From assembly GCA_049322915.1 (NCBI GenBank), contig JBMOPW010000014.1, positions 256,001 through 320,000 on the forward strand: a stretch of 64,000 nucleotides of DNA, in the 5' to 3' direction. The translations under genes and the position numbers were made by a program. Shown here one piece after another: positions 10,479 through 20,612 of this stretch; positions within the stretch are counted from its first letter, which is position 1, and each line of letters begins with the position of its first letter. Under the pieces are notes generated by a model that was given only the letters and a program-made list of their open reading frames with translations, searched no databases and was not told where the DNA came from. This DNA comes from Candidatus Zhuqueibacterota bacterium. GTDB lineage: Bacteria; Zhuqueibacterota; Zhuqueibacteria; Thermofontimicrobiales; Thermofontimicrobiaceae.

Positions 10479-13355
10479 ATGGATCAACATCAGGAGAGTG
10501 GGAAAATGGAACACGAGCCGACATCTTTACGGTCGGGGGGCATTTACCGCAACACATGGTTAGGCGTCGTCATCACGGCGCTCTTACTGCCGCTGACAAC
10601 GTCGCAGGCGCAGTACAATCATTCGTATCCCCGAACCAGCGTGTTTAACTGGGGCGGCGCTCCGGTTGAATGGTACGCCAAATTTGATCTGATTGATACG
10701 CCCTCCAATGAAGCGAGTTTTGTCAATGGCATCAAAGCGATAAATCCCGATGCGATGGTGCTGCCAACGCGCGATTGGAATTACGCTGCCGGCATCGAGC
10801 CTGTGCCGGATGAGTGGTATGTGAGAGATTCGAAGGGGAACAAATTCCCCATTTACGGCGGCGGCTGGAACCTGGTCGATTTTTCGAACTTCTGTCCCCG
10901 AAGCTCTTACTACGGCAACAAACGATACAATGAGTATCTGCCGGAATGGGTAGTTCAGTATAGCAATCTATCGGTTGTCGATGGTGTTGCCTGCGACGGA
11001 ATATGGGAATATCCGTATCAGACCGATGTCGATAAAGATGTGGACCTGGACCGAAATGGCGTCAACGACTGGAATGAACATGGCCGGGATTGGATCACAG
11101 CGCGATGGTTGGAAGGCGTCGAGGCTATTTTATCGAGAATTCATGGACTCATTGGCGAGCGGCCTTTTCTGGTGAATACCGGTCGATTCCATAGCTGGGG
11201 TTGGGAAACGACAAGTGGCGTGTTGCTCGAGAAAAGCTGGGCGCTTTACGATTGGCAATGGTGGAAATCCACAAATGATAAATGGATTAAAAAAGCGCCG
11301 CAGCCGCATGCTCAGCTTGTCGAAGGGTGGGCCGGTTATCGTCATTCCGGCGGGCCGGAAAAATCGAAGAATGATTTTGTCACCATGCGGTTTTTGCTGA
11401 CATCGACTATGCTGGGAGATGGCTACTTCACGTTCTGTGATATTGAAGCCAATGAACATGCATATAATAAATACTTCGATGAATTCGATCTGGATATTGG
11501 CTTCCCCACAACGGATGCGCAGGAATTAGGCAATGGCGTCTGGGTTCGGTTCTTTGACAAAGGCGTCTCGCTGGTGAATCCAACAGGCAGCGACCAATAT
11601 GTTTCGGATGGGGATTTATCCTCGCGGTCCGGTTACGCCGGCCCCTACTATCGTTTTTATGGCGGACAGGATCCTGACCACAACAATGGTGAAAAATTCA
11701 CCAGCATCACGCTTTACGGCGAGATGGATAATTCCCAAATCGATGACAAAACCATTGGAGATGGAATTATTCTGATTAGCGAACCGCTTTATGTTGTATC
11801 CGATATCATGCTGGATGATCATGATGCCGGCACGTCGCCGGCCAATGATCCCCCTGAATTCGTGGGCAACTGGGAACATAGCTACGAGCGATATGCATTA
11901 GCCTACACCCTCATCGCCAAAGAGCACATGGGATTGTTCGCCTACAGCGCGGCCCCTGCCGGCTCCGGCGAAGCAACAGCCACCTATCGCGTTCAGGTGG
12001 GAGTTTCTGCTCGATATAAATTGTATGAATGGCATGGCCATCATGGTTCAAGCCCCGGCGATTACCAGGAAGGAACCAATGTTCCCTATGAAATTAAGCA
12101 CGCCAGCGGGACAACGAATCTGACCATCAATCAATCGCAAAATTACGGTCAATGGAATTTGTTGGGCACATTTGAATTCGTGAAGGATGCGGATCAGTAC
12201 ATTCGAATTTCCAATAACGCCAATGGCTATGTCCTGGCCGATGCGTTCAAGCTGGAATTCGATGGCGTCGGGCCACCCGACAATACGCCTCCCAATTCGC
12301 CGCGGGATTTCCGGAGCGATGTGAAGACCGACAGCAGCATCACGCTCGCCTGGTCTGCGCCAACGACAGCGGAGGACGGAGATGGCGCCACAGCATATCA
12401 GATTTACAAAGATGGCGCGCTGGTTCGAACCCAGGGTGGAACGACGTACCTGGTCACGGATCTGACGGAAAATACTTCCTACTATTTTGAAGTGTACTCG
12501 GTGGACGACCGGGGCAATGTGAGCGCCCAGCCGGCTGCCGGGAATTTTACAACATTGGCGGATGTGATTGCACCGACGGTCTCCGGAGCGACGCCGTTGG
12601 GAAAGGCGCTGGTTCAGGTCGATTTTAGCGAGCCGGTAGCTGAATTCAGCGCCGAGAACGCTGGCAATTATTTAATCTCCAATGGCATTTCCGTGGTCTC
12701 GGCAAATTTGTTAGACAATCTGAAGACTGTACATCTCGTCACCACGGCGCACGATGTGGGGACAAGCTATACAGTGACGGTGAGCAATGTGACCGATCGC
12801 GCCACGGTCCCCAATGTCATCGGAGCGAGCAACCGCGCAGTTTATGCTGGCATCAGCGACCCGCTCTATGTCTCGGTGGCCGTGGATAACCAGTGCGAAG
12901 TGTACATCAATGGCGCCTATGTGGGCAACAATACCCGCTGGGAAGTGGCGCAGCAGTTCATGGCTGCTTCGCGCAGCGATAAAAATATTGTGGCCATCAA
13001 AGGCGTGGATGCGGCTGAGAAGGCCGGACTTGTTGCTGTGGTGGACTTCGATGGCAAGCGTTATGCCTCCGATGAGAACTGGAAAATCTCAACTACAGAG
13101 CAATCCGGCTGGCAGTCGGTGAATTTCGATGATACAAATTGGCAGAAAGCCACATCGTACGGATTGCATGGAGTGGCTGAACCCTGGTCCCTGTACAGAA
13201 ATGTCACGGGAATCCCGACGGATAGCGGAGTAAAATGGATCTGGAGTGCGGACAATGATAATGATAATGTCGTTTACGTCCGGTTCACCCTGAGAATGAC
13301 AGGCGATACAGACGCACCGAATCCGCCGCAGAATGTGAAAGTGAATCACCCTTAG
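10479..13355 (+). CDS. Secreted modular protein: putative glycoside-hydrolase-like N-domain, golvesin/xanthan-lyase-type binding module, FN3, Ig-like and lectin-like domains
   Basis: Signal-like hydrophobic stretch ending SQA-Q; VWVRFFDKGVSLVNPT; TNVPYEIKH..INQSQNYGQWNLLGTFEF; FN3 (SITLAWSAP..YQIYKDG); VDFSEPV Ig module. Confidence 0.7.
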   Translation: MDQHQESGKMEHEPTSLRSGGIYRNTWLGVVITALLLPLTTSQAQYNHSYPRTSVFNWGGAPVEWYAKFDLIDTPSNEASFVNGIKAINPDAMVLPTRDWNYAAGIEPVPDEWYVRDSKGNKFPIYGGGWNLVDFSNFCPRSSYYGNKRYNEYLPEWVVQYSNLSVVDGVACDGIWEYPYQTDVDKDVDLDRNGVNDWNEHGRDWITARWLEGVEAILSRIHGLIGERPFLVNTGRFHSWGWETTSGVLLEKSWALYDWQWWKSTNDKWIKKAPQPHAQLVEGWAGYRHSGGPEKSKNDFVTMRFLLTSTMLGDGYFTFCDIEANEHAYNKYFDEFDLDIGFPTTDAQELGNGVWVRFFDKGVSLVNPTGSDQYVSDGDLSSRSGYAGPYYRFYGGQDPDHNNGEKFTSITLYGEMDNSQIDDKTIGDGIILISEPLYVVSDIMLDDHDAGTSPANDPPEFVGNWEHSYERYALAYTLIAKEHMGLFAYSAAPAGSGEATATYRVQVGVSARYKLYEWHGHHGSSPGDYQEGTNVPYEIKHASGTTNLTINQSQNYGQWNLLGTFEFVKDADQYIRISNNANGYVLADAFKLEFDGVGPPDNTPPNSPRDFRSDVKTDSSITLAWSAPTTAEDGDGATAYQIYKDGALVRTQGGTTYLVTDLTENTSYYFEVYSVDDRGNVSAQPAAGNFTTLADVIAPTVSGATPLGKALVQVDFSEPVAEFSAENAGNYLISNGISVVSANLLDNLKTVHLVTTAHDVGTSYTVTVSNVTDRATVPNVIGASNRAVYAGISDPLYVSVAVDNQCEVYINGAYVGNNTRWEVAQQFMAASRSDKNIVAIKGVDAAEKAGLVAVVDFDGKRYASDENWKISTTEQSGWQSVNFDDTNWQKATSYGLHGVAEPWSLYRNVTGIPTDSGVKWIWSADNDNDNVVYVRFTLRMTGDTDAPNPPQNVKVNHP

Positions 13356-13387
13356 TACATCGTTTCACAATTTCTTGTAGGGTAGGT

Positions 13388-13489
13388 TGTCATGCCCCGT
13401 CCGTCGGCTGACGGACTATCGGGCGTCCACAAAATGGATTCCCGATAAAAACATGTGACCGAAGGGAATGCCGTGGTACGGGAATGACA
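13388..13489. repeat. REP-like palindromic intergenic element
   Basis: TGTCATGCCC...ATCGGGCGTCCA-caaaa-TGGATTCCCGAT...GGGAATGACA with internal hairpin GTCCGTC-ggct-GACGGAC. Confidence 0.55.
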
Positions 13490-13580
13490 GCATTCTATGA
13501 ATGCAGTTTTTAAAATTTTCAAACCCTATAAAAATTTATGAAACACTGTACTTAGGCTGCTGATTTGATTAAGAAAATTG

Positions 13581-13625
13581 GAAACGCCAGATAACAATTC
13601 TTTGGATAAAAAATTCTGGCGTTTC
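13581..13625. promoter_or_regulatory. 11-bp perfect inverted repeat upstream of the GH39 gene (operator or RNA hairpin)
   Basis: GAAACGCCAGA (13581-13591) and TCTGGCGTTTC (13615-13625). Confidence 0.35.
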
Positions 13626-13645
13626 TTTTTACACGTGAAAATTGT

Positions 13646-16555
13646 ATGGGGGGAATCAATCGGTTTATGAGCAAGAATACTTCAATGAGCAAGAAAATTT
13701 TTATCCCGGCGATTTTTGGATCGGCCCTAATCATCCTGCTGTTCTTCGGTTATGCCAATCGAAACAAAATCAAATCCTTCGTGAAAAAGAACCCGACAAT
13801 TTACAGCCTCCTGCTCAGGGGAAAGCAAACCTTCGACGCTCATGCGCCGGAATGGCTGGCCGGAAAAAAGAATGTGCGCCATGATCTGCCTCAGGTGAAC
13901 ATTGTCGTGGATGCCGGCCAGGCGCTCGGCCCCATCGAGCCGTTTTGGGGCGGATTTGGTTATGACTTTTTCTACAGCGGCGCGACCCAACCGAAAAATC
14001 GCGCATTGTTCCGGCTGATAAAAGAGACGAATCGGGAGCGGAACGTTTTCACCTATTATCGGGCGCACAATATTTTCTCGGATAAAGATGCGCCCTCCGG
14101 CGAAGCATCCGGCGGGCAGGTCTATTCCGAAGACGCGGCCGGGAATCCGGTCTATTCCTGGGCGCGGGTGGACGCTGTATTCGATGTCATTCTCGACGCC
14201 GGCATGAAGCCCATTGTGGAACTTGGTTTTATGCCGGAGGCGCTCACCTCCGATCCCGGGCGTATTGGTGATTGGCGCGCCGCCAATGTGGCGCCGCCCA
14301 AAAATTATCGCAAGTGGCGAAATCTGGTCTTTGAAACCGTCAAGCACCTCGGGCAGCGATACGGCGCCGAGGAGGTAACCACCTGGTATTTCGAAGTGTG
14401 GAACGAACCGGATCTCTGGCACCATTTCTGGATCGCTCACCCTGAAAATCCGGACAAGTCGCACATCGAGGAATATTTAAAATTGTACGATAATACAGTG
14501 GACGGCGCGGTAGCCGCCAACAGTCAGATTAAAATTGGCGGTCCGGCCATTGCCGGCTGGGCCGATGTGTTCGAAACATTTTTGCGGCACACGAAAAGCG
14601 GGGAAAATTTCGTCACCGGGGAGAAAGGCTCCCGGATCGATTTTATCTCATTTCACAAATACGGCTACATCGAAGAAGATATTGTTCATGGCATAAAATT
14701 TTTAATGGATATTGCCCTTGCCGTGGATGAAAAGAAATTTTCGGAAATTCCATTCTTGCTGGATGAAACCGGTCCTTCGCCCCATTCGCGCGAGCCGTGG
14801 AAGAATTCATCCTTTGTGGCGGCGTGGTTGTGCAAATTTACAGATGCAATGTTGCATTTGGAGCAAACGTACGGACAGGCCTACCGGCCGGATGCGATAA
14901 TTTTCTGGGCGGATGTCGGTAAGAATTTTCACGAGGGATCCGGCTCGCTGGCAACCGCTGTCGGCGCTGATCTCAGCACGGTGATCAAAGGTCCGGTTTT
15001 CACCAGCTACGAGTTGCTCAGTCTCATGCAGGGCAACAGGATAGCATTCAGCGGCGCGGAATTTGGGGATTATGTCCATGGTTTCGCAGCGCGGCAGGCA
15101 GACCAGTCTGTCGATGTCCTCGTGTATAAAATCAATGACGCCAATCCCTATTACGACGTCCCAACCGAAGTGAAACTGGCCATTCACAATCTGCCATTCG
15201 ATCGCTATTATTTGAAATGCTACCGCATCGATGAAGAGCATGGTCATGCATTTCATGTCTGGCAAAACATGGGCGTACTGAAGGATATTTCAGAGGAACA
15301 GGTGCAGTTGCTCCAGGCCAGCGACGATCTGGAATTGTCCGAGCCAGTGAGCCAGGGCGCTGCGGCGCAGGGCCAATTTTCCCGGCAGATGACCGTTAAA
15401 AACAACAGCGTTGTTCTGTTGAAGCTATCGCGAGTCACAGATTTTGTCCGACCATTGGCTCCGACGCGATTGAGCGCTTCCTCCATCACGTCGACATCCA
15501 TCCACCTCGTCTGGAGCGAGCCGACTCGGGCCGAAGATGGCGAAATAGCGGATCACTATCAAATCTTTCGGAACGGCGCCTTCCTGGTCCCGACACACTC
15601 AACCGCGTTTACGGACCTGAATTTGACGGACGATTCCAATTACGAGTACACGATTTACTCGGTCGATGCCCAGGGCAACCGCTGCGATGCGCCGCTGAAC
15701 AGCGTTTTCAAAACGAAAAAAGATGGAATTGCTCCGGAAGTGACTTCCTTTTTTATGCCCGATGAAAAGACACTGACTGTCGATTTCAGCGAACCGCTCA
15801 ACCGGGAAATTATCGCGGAGAAATCGAACCTGTCCATCAGCGGCGGCGTTGCCATTGAAAAAATCAGCGTGGTCAATAATGGGGCAGGTCTGCAAATTAC
15901 CACGACGCCTCATGTCGTTGGGAACAACTATGTGTTGAATCTGGAACAGCTTGTCGATTGCGCCAAAAATCCGAATCATCTCAAAACCCCGCACTGGAAG
16001 TATCGATACACCGTGTCGTTCGAGGATAATTTCAGCAGCGATACCGGCGAAGAATATGAGTGGACCCACGAACACACGGAGGGAGGCGTGGGACAACATG
16101 CATTTGATGCTGCCGGCAGGCGGTTGAAAGTTGTATCAGGGGATGATGTCAGCGAGAAATTTTCCCACGCCGTGCCGGCCGCTGCATCCGGCAGTTTCGC
16201 TGTGACCTTTTTACCGCTGGAAAAATATCCGGATGGCGGCACGGTCATCCTGCGGCTGATGGAGGATGAAAATAATTATTATCAGGTGTCCAATACCGAT
16301 GGCTATGGCCCGGGAAAAGTCGAAAAAATCGTGGCCGGAAAGGTCGTGTCGTCCGCAAACTTCAGCATGGAATATGCTCAGGCTGTCTCTCATTTCATCC
16401 GTATTCTGTTCAGCCCTGAAAAAATCGAAGTGCGCGCATTCAACCAGAACGTGGCCATGTCGACTGATCCCACGAAAATTACGGTCAGGAAATTTGAAGT
16501 GGTGCTGGCCCAGCAGAATGCTTATTTCGATGATATTCAATACGAAGGAAGATAA
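13646..16555 (+). CDS. Glycoside hydrolase family 39 with N-terminal membrane anchor, FN3 and Ig-like domains
   Basis: YYRAHNIF, GMKPIVELGFMP, WYFEVWNEPD (acid/base), IKIGGPA, DFISFHKY, LLDET (nucleophile); true start may be 13667 or 13685. Confidence 0.85.
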   Translation: MGGINRFMSKNTSMSKKIFIPAIFGSALIILLFFGYANRNKIKSFVKKNPTIYSLLLRGKQTFDAHAPEWLAGKKNVRHDLPQVNIVVDAGQALGPIEPFWGGFGYDFFYSGATQPKNRALFRLIKETNRERNVFTYYRAHNIFSDKDAPSGEASGGQVYSEDAAGNPVYSWARVDAVFDVILDAGMKPIVELGFMPEALTSDPGRIGDWRAANVAPPKNYRKWRNLVFETVKHLGQRYGAEEVTTWYFEVWNEPDLWHHFWIAHPENPDKSHIEEYLKLYDNTVDGAVAANSQIKIGGPAIAGWADVFETFLRHTKSGENFVTGEKGSRIDFISFHKYGYIEEDIVHGIKFLMDIALAVDEKKFSEIPFLLDETGPSPHSREPWKNSSFVAAWLCKFTDAMLHLEQTYGQAYRPDAIIFWADVGKNFHEGSGSLATAVGADLSTVIKGPVFTSYELLSLMQGNRIAFSGAEFGDYVHGFAARQADQSVDVLVYKINDANPYYDVPTEVKLAIHNLPFDRYYLKCYRIDEEHGHAFHVWQNMGVLKDISEEQVQLLQASDDLELSEPVSQGAAAQGQFSRQMTVKNNSVVLLKLSRVTDFVRPLAPTRLSASSITSTSIHLVWSEPTRAEDGEIADHYQIFRNGAFLVPTHSTAFTDLNLTDDSNYEYTIYSVDAQGNRCDAPLNSVFKTKKDGIAPEVTSFFMPDEKTLTVDFSEPLNREIIAEKSNLSISGGVAIEKISVVNNGAGLQITTTPHVVGNNYVLNLEQLVDCAKNPNHLKTPHWKYRYTVSFEDNFSSDTGEEYEWTHEHTEGGVGQHAFDAAGRRLKVVSGDDVSEKFSHAVPAAASGSFAVTFLPLEKYPDGGTVILRLMEDENNYYQVSNTDGYGPGKVEKIVAGKVVSSANFSMEYAQAVSHFIRILFSPEKIEVRAFNQNVAMSTDPTKITVRKFEVVLAQQNAYFDDIQYEGR

Positions 16556-16560
16556 GTCGT

Positions 16561-16593
16561 GGCGGGATTTTCCATTGTCCTGGGAATCCCGCC
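16561..16593 (+). terminator. Stem-loop after the GH39 stop
   Basis: GGCGGGATT...AATCCCGCC; no clear U-tract. Confidence 0.4.
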
Positions 16594-16750
16594 TGTCGTG
16601 ATCCAATGAGCCGGTCGCTCACTCCGCCTCTGCAATAGAATGCTCGCCTGTAACCCGGCAATGATTGACAATGGAAATTTTCTCCAATTTTCAATTCCGG
16701 CAGGGATGACTTAACGTTCAGTTTCAGAAAGACGATTCAGGGAGAGTTTT

Positions 16751-19700
16751 ATGGATTCAAACATCAAACGCTTCATCGTTTTCTTGATCATCACGATCTT
16801 ACTGGCATTCGCAGCAATCGAAGTTCAACTATCGGCCCAGGCATTGAATCGCGGATCGACGCCTCTGCCCGGGGAACAGGGAAAAGGCGGTTCGCAGCGG
16901 TACGTATGCCGCGTGAACGTTGGGGGCTCGATCCTGGTGGACATTCAGGGCAATGAGTGGCAGGCCGATCATATTTATCGCAATGGAGGATTCGGGTATC
17001 TCGGCGTTGGGGGAACCTATGAAACCCCCAATGCAATCAGCGGGACCGATAATCAGAAAATTTATAAAACGGAGCGGTATCAACTTTTTGGGTATCGATT
17101 CGACGTCCCCAATGGCGACTATGAAATTATCCTGCACTTCGCTGAAATTTATCATCAGAAAAAGGGACAGCGGCTGATGGATATTTTCATTGAAGATAAA
17201 TTGGTGGAGCAAAACCTGGATATTGTCGGGCGCGTTGGGCCATTGGCCGCGCTGCGTCTAGCGTACAGCACCAAGGAACTTGGCATCCCGATTCGGGATA
17301 ATCGCATTGACATAAAACTTAAAAATATTAAGGATGATACAAAGCTATCGGGAATTGAAGTCATTCAGTTGCCGGAACAACCGGAACTGCTGCAGGTACA
17401 ACCGGCGACGCTCGATTTTGGAACGACGCTGCAAGCGCTTTCTCTCGAAGTAAAGAATATCGGCACGACAGCCACGAATTGGGTCATCGATCAAAATTCG
17501 CTGCCGAACTGGATTCGCGTTCAATCGCCAAAGTCTGGCGATTTGGCCCCCGGCGGAACCGAGAAAGTTATGGTGACCATCGAGCGCAGCGCATTGAAAG
17601 GAGGAATGGCGCGCGGTGAAATTTCAGTTATTGCCGGCGAATCGTCCCTGAAGGTGCCGGTCAGCGCCATTGTCGCCGGGGCGGCTGCTGCGGAGATTCA
17701 GACAAAACTCATGAATTTCGAAAACGGACTCCGCCAACTCCCACTCATTTTTTCCAACCAGGGTGGGAAGGCGCTGGACTGGGTCATTGATAAATCATCC
17801 CTGCCGGCCTGGGTTGAGAGAGTGTATCCGGAACAGGGCCGCCTTGATCTGGAGCAGACAGCTACACTTAATGTGACAGTGAACCGCGCGACTTTGTCTG
17901 AGGGACAGCATCAGGCGAGTTTGACAATAAAATATCCCGGCGGCGCGGAACAGGTTCAACTGACCATCGCAGTCCCCCGACGCCATCCGCGAGTCCTTTT
18001 TGTCGATGCATCGGCGCGAGGCATGGCCAATGGCAAATCCTGGCAGAATGCATTTCGGACAATAAAAACAGCGATTCATACCGCCGGCTCCATCGGAAGC
18101 AACGAGTCGGTAGAGATTTGGGTTGCGCAAGGCATGTATTATGAATATGATATCCTCGTCACATCCGGCATTGAACTCTACGGCGGATTCAAAGGCGACG
18201 AAACAGTCAGAGAGGAGCGAATCCAGATCCGGTCGTTTCCGACGATCGTCGATGCCGGCAAGCGCGGTCGTTGTTTCGAGTGCCTGCATCGGAACGTGAT
18301 TGATGGTTTTGTCATTCAAAACGGCCGCGATTGGAAAGCTGGCGAAGGCAAGGGCGCTGGAATTCTGTCTTATGAAAACGATGTCAAAATCCGCAATAAC
18401 ATCATTCGGTATAATATCGATTCCTGGGCCGGCGCGCTGTTTGTGGAAGGTGATGATCTGTCCCGGCGCGTGGCCGGGCATTCTCCCCTCATCGAATTCA
18501 ATGTGTTGACTGAAAATTTCTCCAATTACTGCGCCGCTGCAATTGAGGTTCGCGGGAGCGCGGCCACCATCCGGAATAATACCATTGTCAATAATAATGG
18601 CTATGGTCTGGAAATCAATACTGTGCTGACCAATTTCAAACAGTACATTTTTGGCGACTATTATAACAATATCATCAGCGACAATTATCGGTTCCAAAGT
18701 AAAAATGATGTCTGGGCAGAGGCGCGAAAAGCCACGAACTACTGCTTTGTCGGAAAACAGTGGGATTTGCGCGGGGACTTTCCGCCCTACAGTCACGGGG
18801 CAGGCAATATTTTCGGCGATGTCACCGGGAAAATTCCCGGCTTTGTTGATCCTGAAAAAGGTGATTACCGGTTGTTGGAGAATTCCGCGTGCATCGATGC
18901 CGGCCACCCATCGCGGGGCGCCGATGCTGACGGGTCTCCCGCCGATCTGGGCGCTTTTCCATTCAACAAAGTGCGGACGGATTTGCAAATCGAACCGATG
19001 AACGTGAATTTCGGATCGAAAAGTCGCATCGAGACAGTGACCATTTCGGCCTCTGGCGGAAAGACAGTCCATTGGCGCGCAGCAGTATTTTCCAGCGTCG
19101 GCGATTGTTTCAGCGTTGAACCCGGCGAAGGGACGATGAAAAATGGGCAGAAGACCAATGTCCACATTTCCGTGAATCGCGATCAACTGGCCGATGGCAG
19201 ATACACAGGATATTTTTCAATCATGACGGACGATCGCAGTTATGAGGCAGAGCTCGCTTTTCTGGTCAATAACCAATCGCCTGAAATTGAGTTGCAAAAG
19301 ACATCCATTGTAATCAATGCGGAATTGCAGGGCCCGAATCCGAAAAATGAACAGGTGATGGTCATTAATACCGGCCAGGGCGATTTGATCTGGCAGGCGG
19401 AAAAGGTGGGGCCCAGCGACTGGCTACACCTGGACAATGCGAACGGCGCGAGCAGAGATGAAATGATCATTCGTTTTTCGCCATCCCACCTGGGGTACGG
19501 CGATTATAGCGAGCATATCCTTGTCTATCCGCGTCAATTGCCGCAGTTTTCGGTCCGGATACCGGTCACGCTGCACATGAAGCCGGGAAAATTTTTCCAG
19601 GAGATCGAAGCGGAATACAGCATAGCGCCGGCGAAGACTGGCTGGACTGTGGCCAATAATGATGGGGCTGTGTGCATGCAGTCGATTGTCGCCTCTCTGG

Positions 19701-20077
19701 ATTCTCCAAATCCGATGACGCGGCTGGATTATGAATTCACTGCCCCGGACGGCGTGGAATATGTCTATGTCTTTGCAGAGATCGATGTGAACCAGTCCCG
19801 CGAGAGCGACTCCTTCTGGTTTATGGTCAATGATTTTGATCCGTGTTTGTGGGATCATGTCAATTATCAAACCGATGGCTGGACCCGGGCCTGGGTGTAT
19901 CAGAAGTATCGGGATGATAAACACATGTTTGTCGTGAATCCCGGTAAAAACAGGCTGAATATGTTCACCCGCGAAACCGGCGGTTTCATCAACTGGATGG
20001 TCATCACCAATGACCCGGATGTGGATATTCGCTCCTATCGATTTGGACGCGGCAGCACCAATCCACCAGCCAAATGA
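16751..20077 (+). CDS. Secreted protein: malectin domain, BACON-like Ig domains, right-handed beta-helix, C-terminal CBM-like domain
   Basis: RVNVGG..W.AD, IYKTERY, YEIILHFAEIY (malectin); LFVDASARG..NGKSWQNAF, IRNNTIVNN, GDYRLLENSACIDAG (beta-helix). Confidence 0.8.
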   Translation: MDSNIKRFIVFLIITILLAFAAIEVQLSAQALNRGSTPLPGEQGKGGSQRYVCRVNVGGSILVDIQGNEWQADHIYRNGGFGYLGVGGTYETPNAISGTDNQKIYKTERYQLFGYRFDVPNGDYEIILHFAEIYHQKKGQRLMDIFIEDKLVEQNLDIVGRVGPLAALRLAYSTKELGIPIRDNRIDIKLKNIKDDTKLSGIEVIQLPEQPELLQVQPATLDFGTTLQALSLEVKNIGTTATNWVIDQNSLPNWIRVQSPKSGDLAPGGTEKVMVTIERSALKGGMARGEISVIAGESSLKVPVSAIVAGAAAAEIQTKLMNFENGLRQLPLIFSNQGGKALDWVIDKSSLPAWVERVYPEQGRLDLEQTATLNVTVNRATLSEGQHQASLTIKYPGGAEQVQLTIAVPRRHPRVLFVDASARGMANGKSWQNAFRTIKTAIHTAGSIGSNESVEIWVAQGMYYEYDILVTSGIELYGGFKGDETVREERIQIRSFPTIVDAGKRGRCFECLHRNVIDGFVIQNGRDWKAGEGKGAGILSYENDVKIRNNIIRYNIDSWAGALFVEGDDLSRRVAGHSPLIEFNVLTENFSNYCAAAIEVRGSAATIRNNTIVNNNGYGLEINTVLTNFKQYIFGDYYNNIISDNYRFQSKNDVWAEARKATNYCFVGKQWDLRGDFPPYSHGAGNIFGDVTGKIPGFVDPEKGDYRLLENSACIDAGHPSRGADADGSPADLGAFPFNKVRTDLQIEPMNVNFGSKSRIETVTISASGGKTVHWRAAVFSSVGDCFSVEPGEGTMKNGQKTNVHISVNRDQLADGRYTGYFSIMTDDRSYEAELAFLVNNQSPEIELQKTSIVINAELQGPNPKNEQVMVINTGQGDLIWQAEKVGPSDWLHLDNANGASRDEMIIRFSPSHLGYGDYSEHILVYPRQLPQFSVRIPVTLHMKPGKFFQEIEAEYSIAPAKTGWTVANNDGAVCMQSIVASLDSPNPMTRLDYEFTAPDGVEYVYVFAEIDVNQSRESDSFWFMVNDFDPCLWDHVNYQTDGWTRAWVYQKYRDDKHMFVVNPGKNRLNMFTRETGGFINWMVITNDPDVDIRSYRFGRGSTNPPAK

Positions 20078-20612
20078 CAGTTGTCGGCGGAGAAAATTAC
20101 ACAGTACAAAGGCGATTGCCTGATCCATGCACAGACTGAAGTGGAGAACAGAGATGTATCCGCTTCGGTCTTGCGCAATGCGCGCGTCGGAGCGAATGTG
20201 GGGTCAAAAGAGTAGCCTGCCCTTTCGTTGGGATTTCGTTTGTACCCGACTTTAAATTGAAATTCTGTAAATTCCAAAATAACTTTCCAAATCACAAGTA
20301 AATACAGCTAACCAAATTTCAATTTTCAAATTGACATCATGTTTTGAGTGAGTTTTGTATTTGAAGGTTGGTACTTACAAATTCATTTAGTAGGATAGGC
20401 TGTAGATTAACTCTATCTTCTTGGACTTCTTCTCCCACCCTGGCCGATTTTATGCCGCTCGGCCCGAACGATCATCCAGGGTGCTCCTCGGAATCTCTTC
20501 ATATTTCTGGAACCACGCTAAAAAAACTGTTTGAAAAACGAAAATAGTTTGTTATCTTTTAGCCATAATTTTTTCAAATGAAAATCCCGGCCAGTTCAAT
20601 CCAGGTGAATGA

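Noticed and set aside
17795..19186. 463-aa antisense ORF and the many other short overlapping ORFs in the track
   Set aside because: Shadow frames of well-supported + strand genes with no independent motifs
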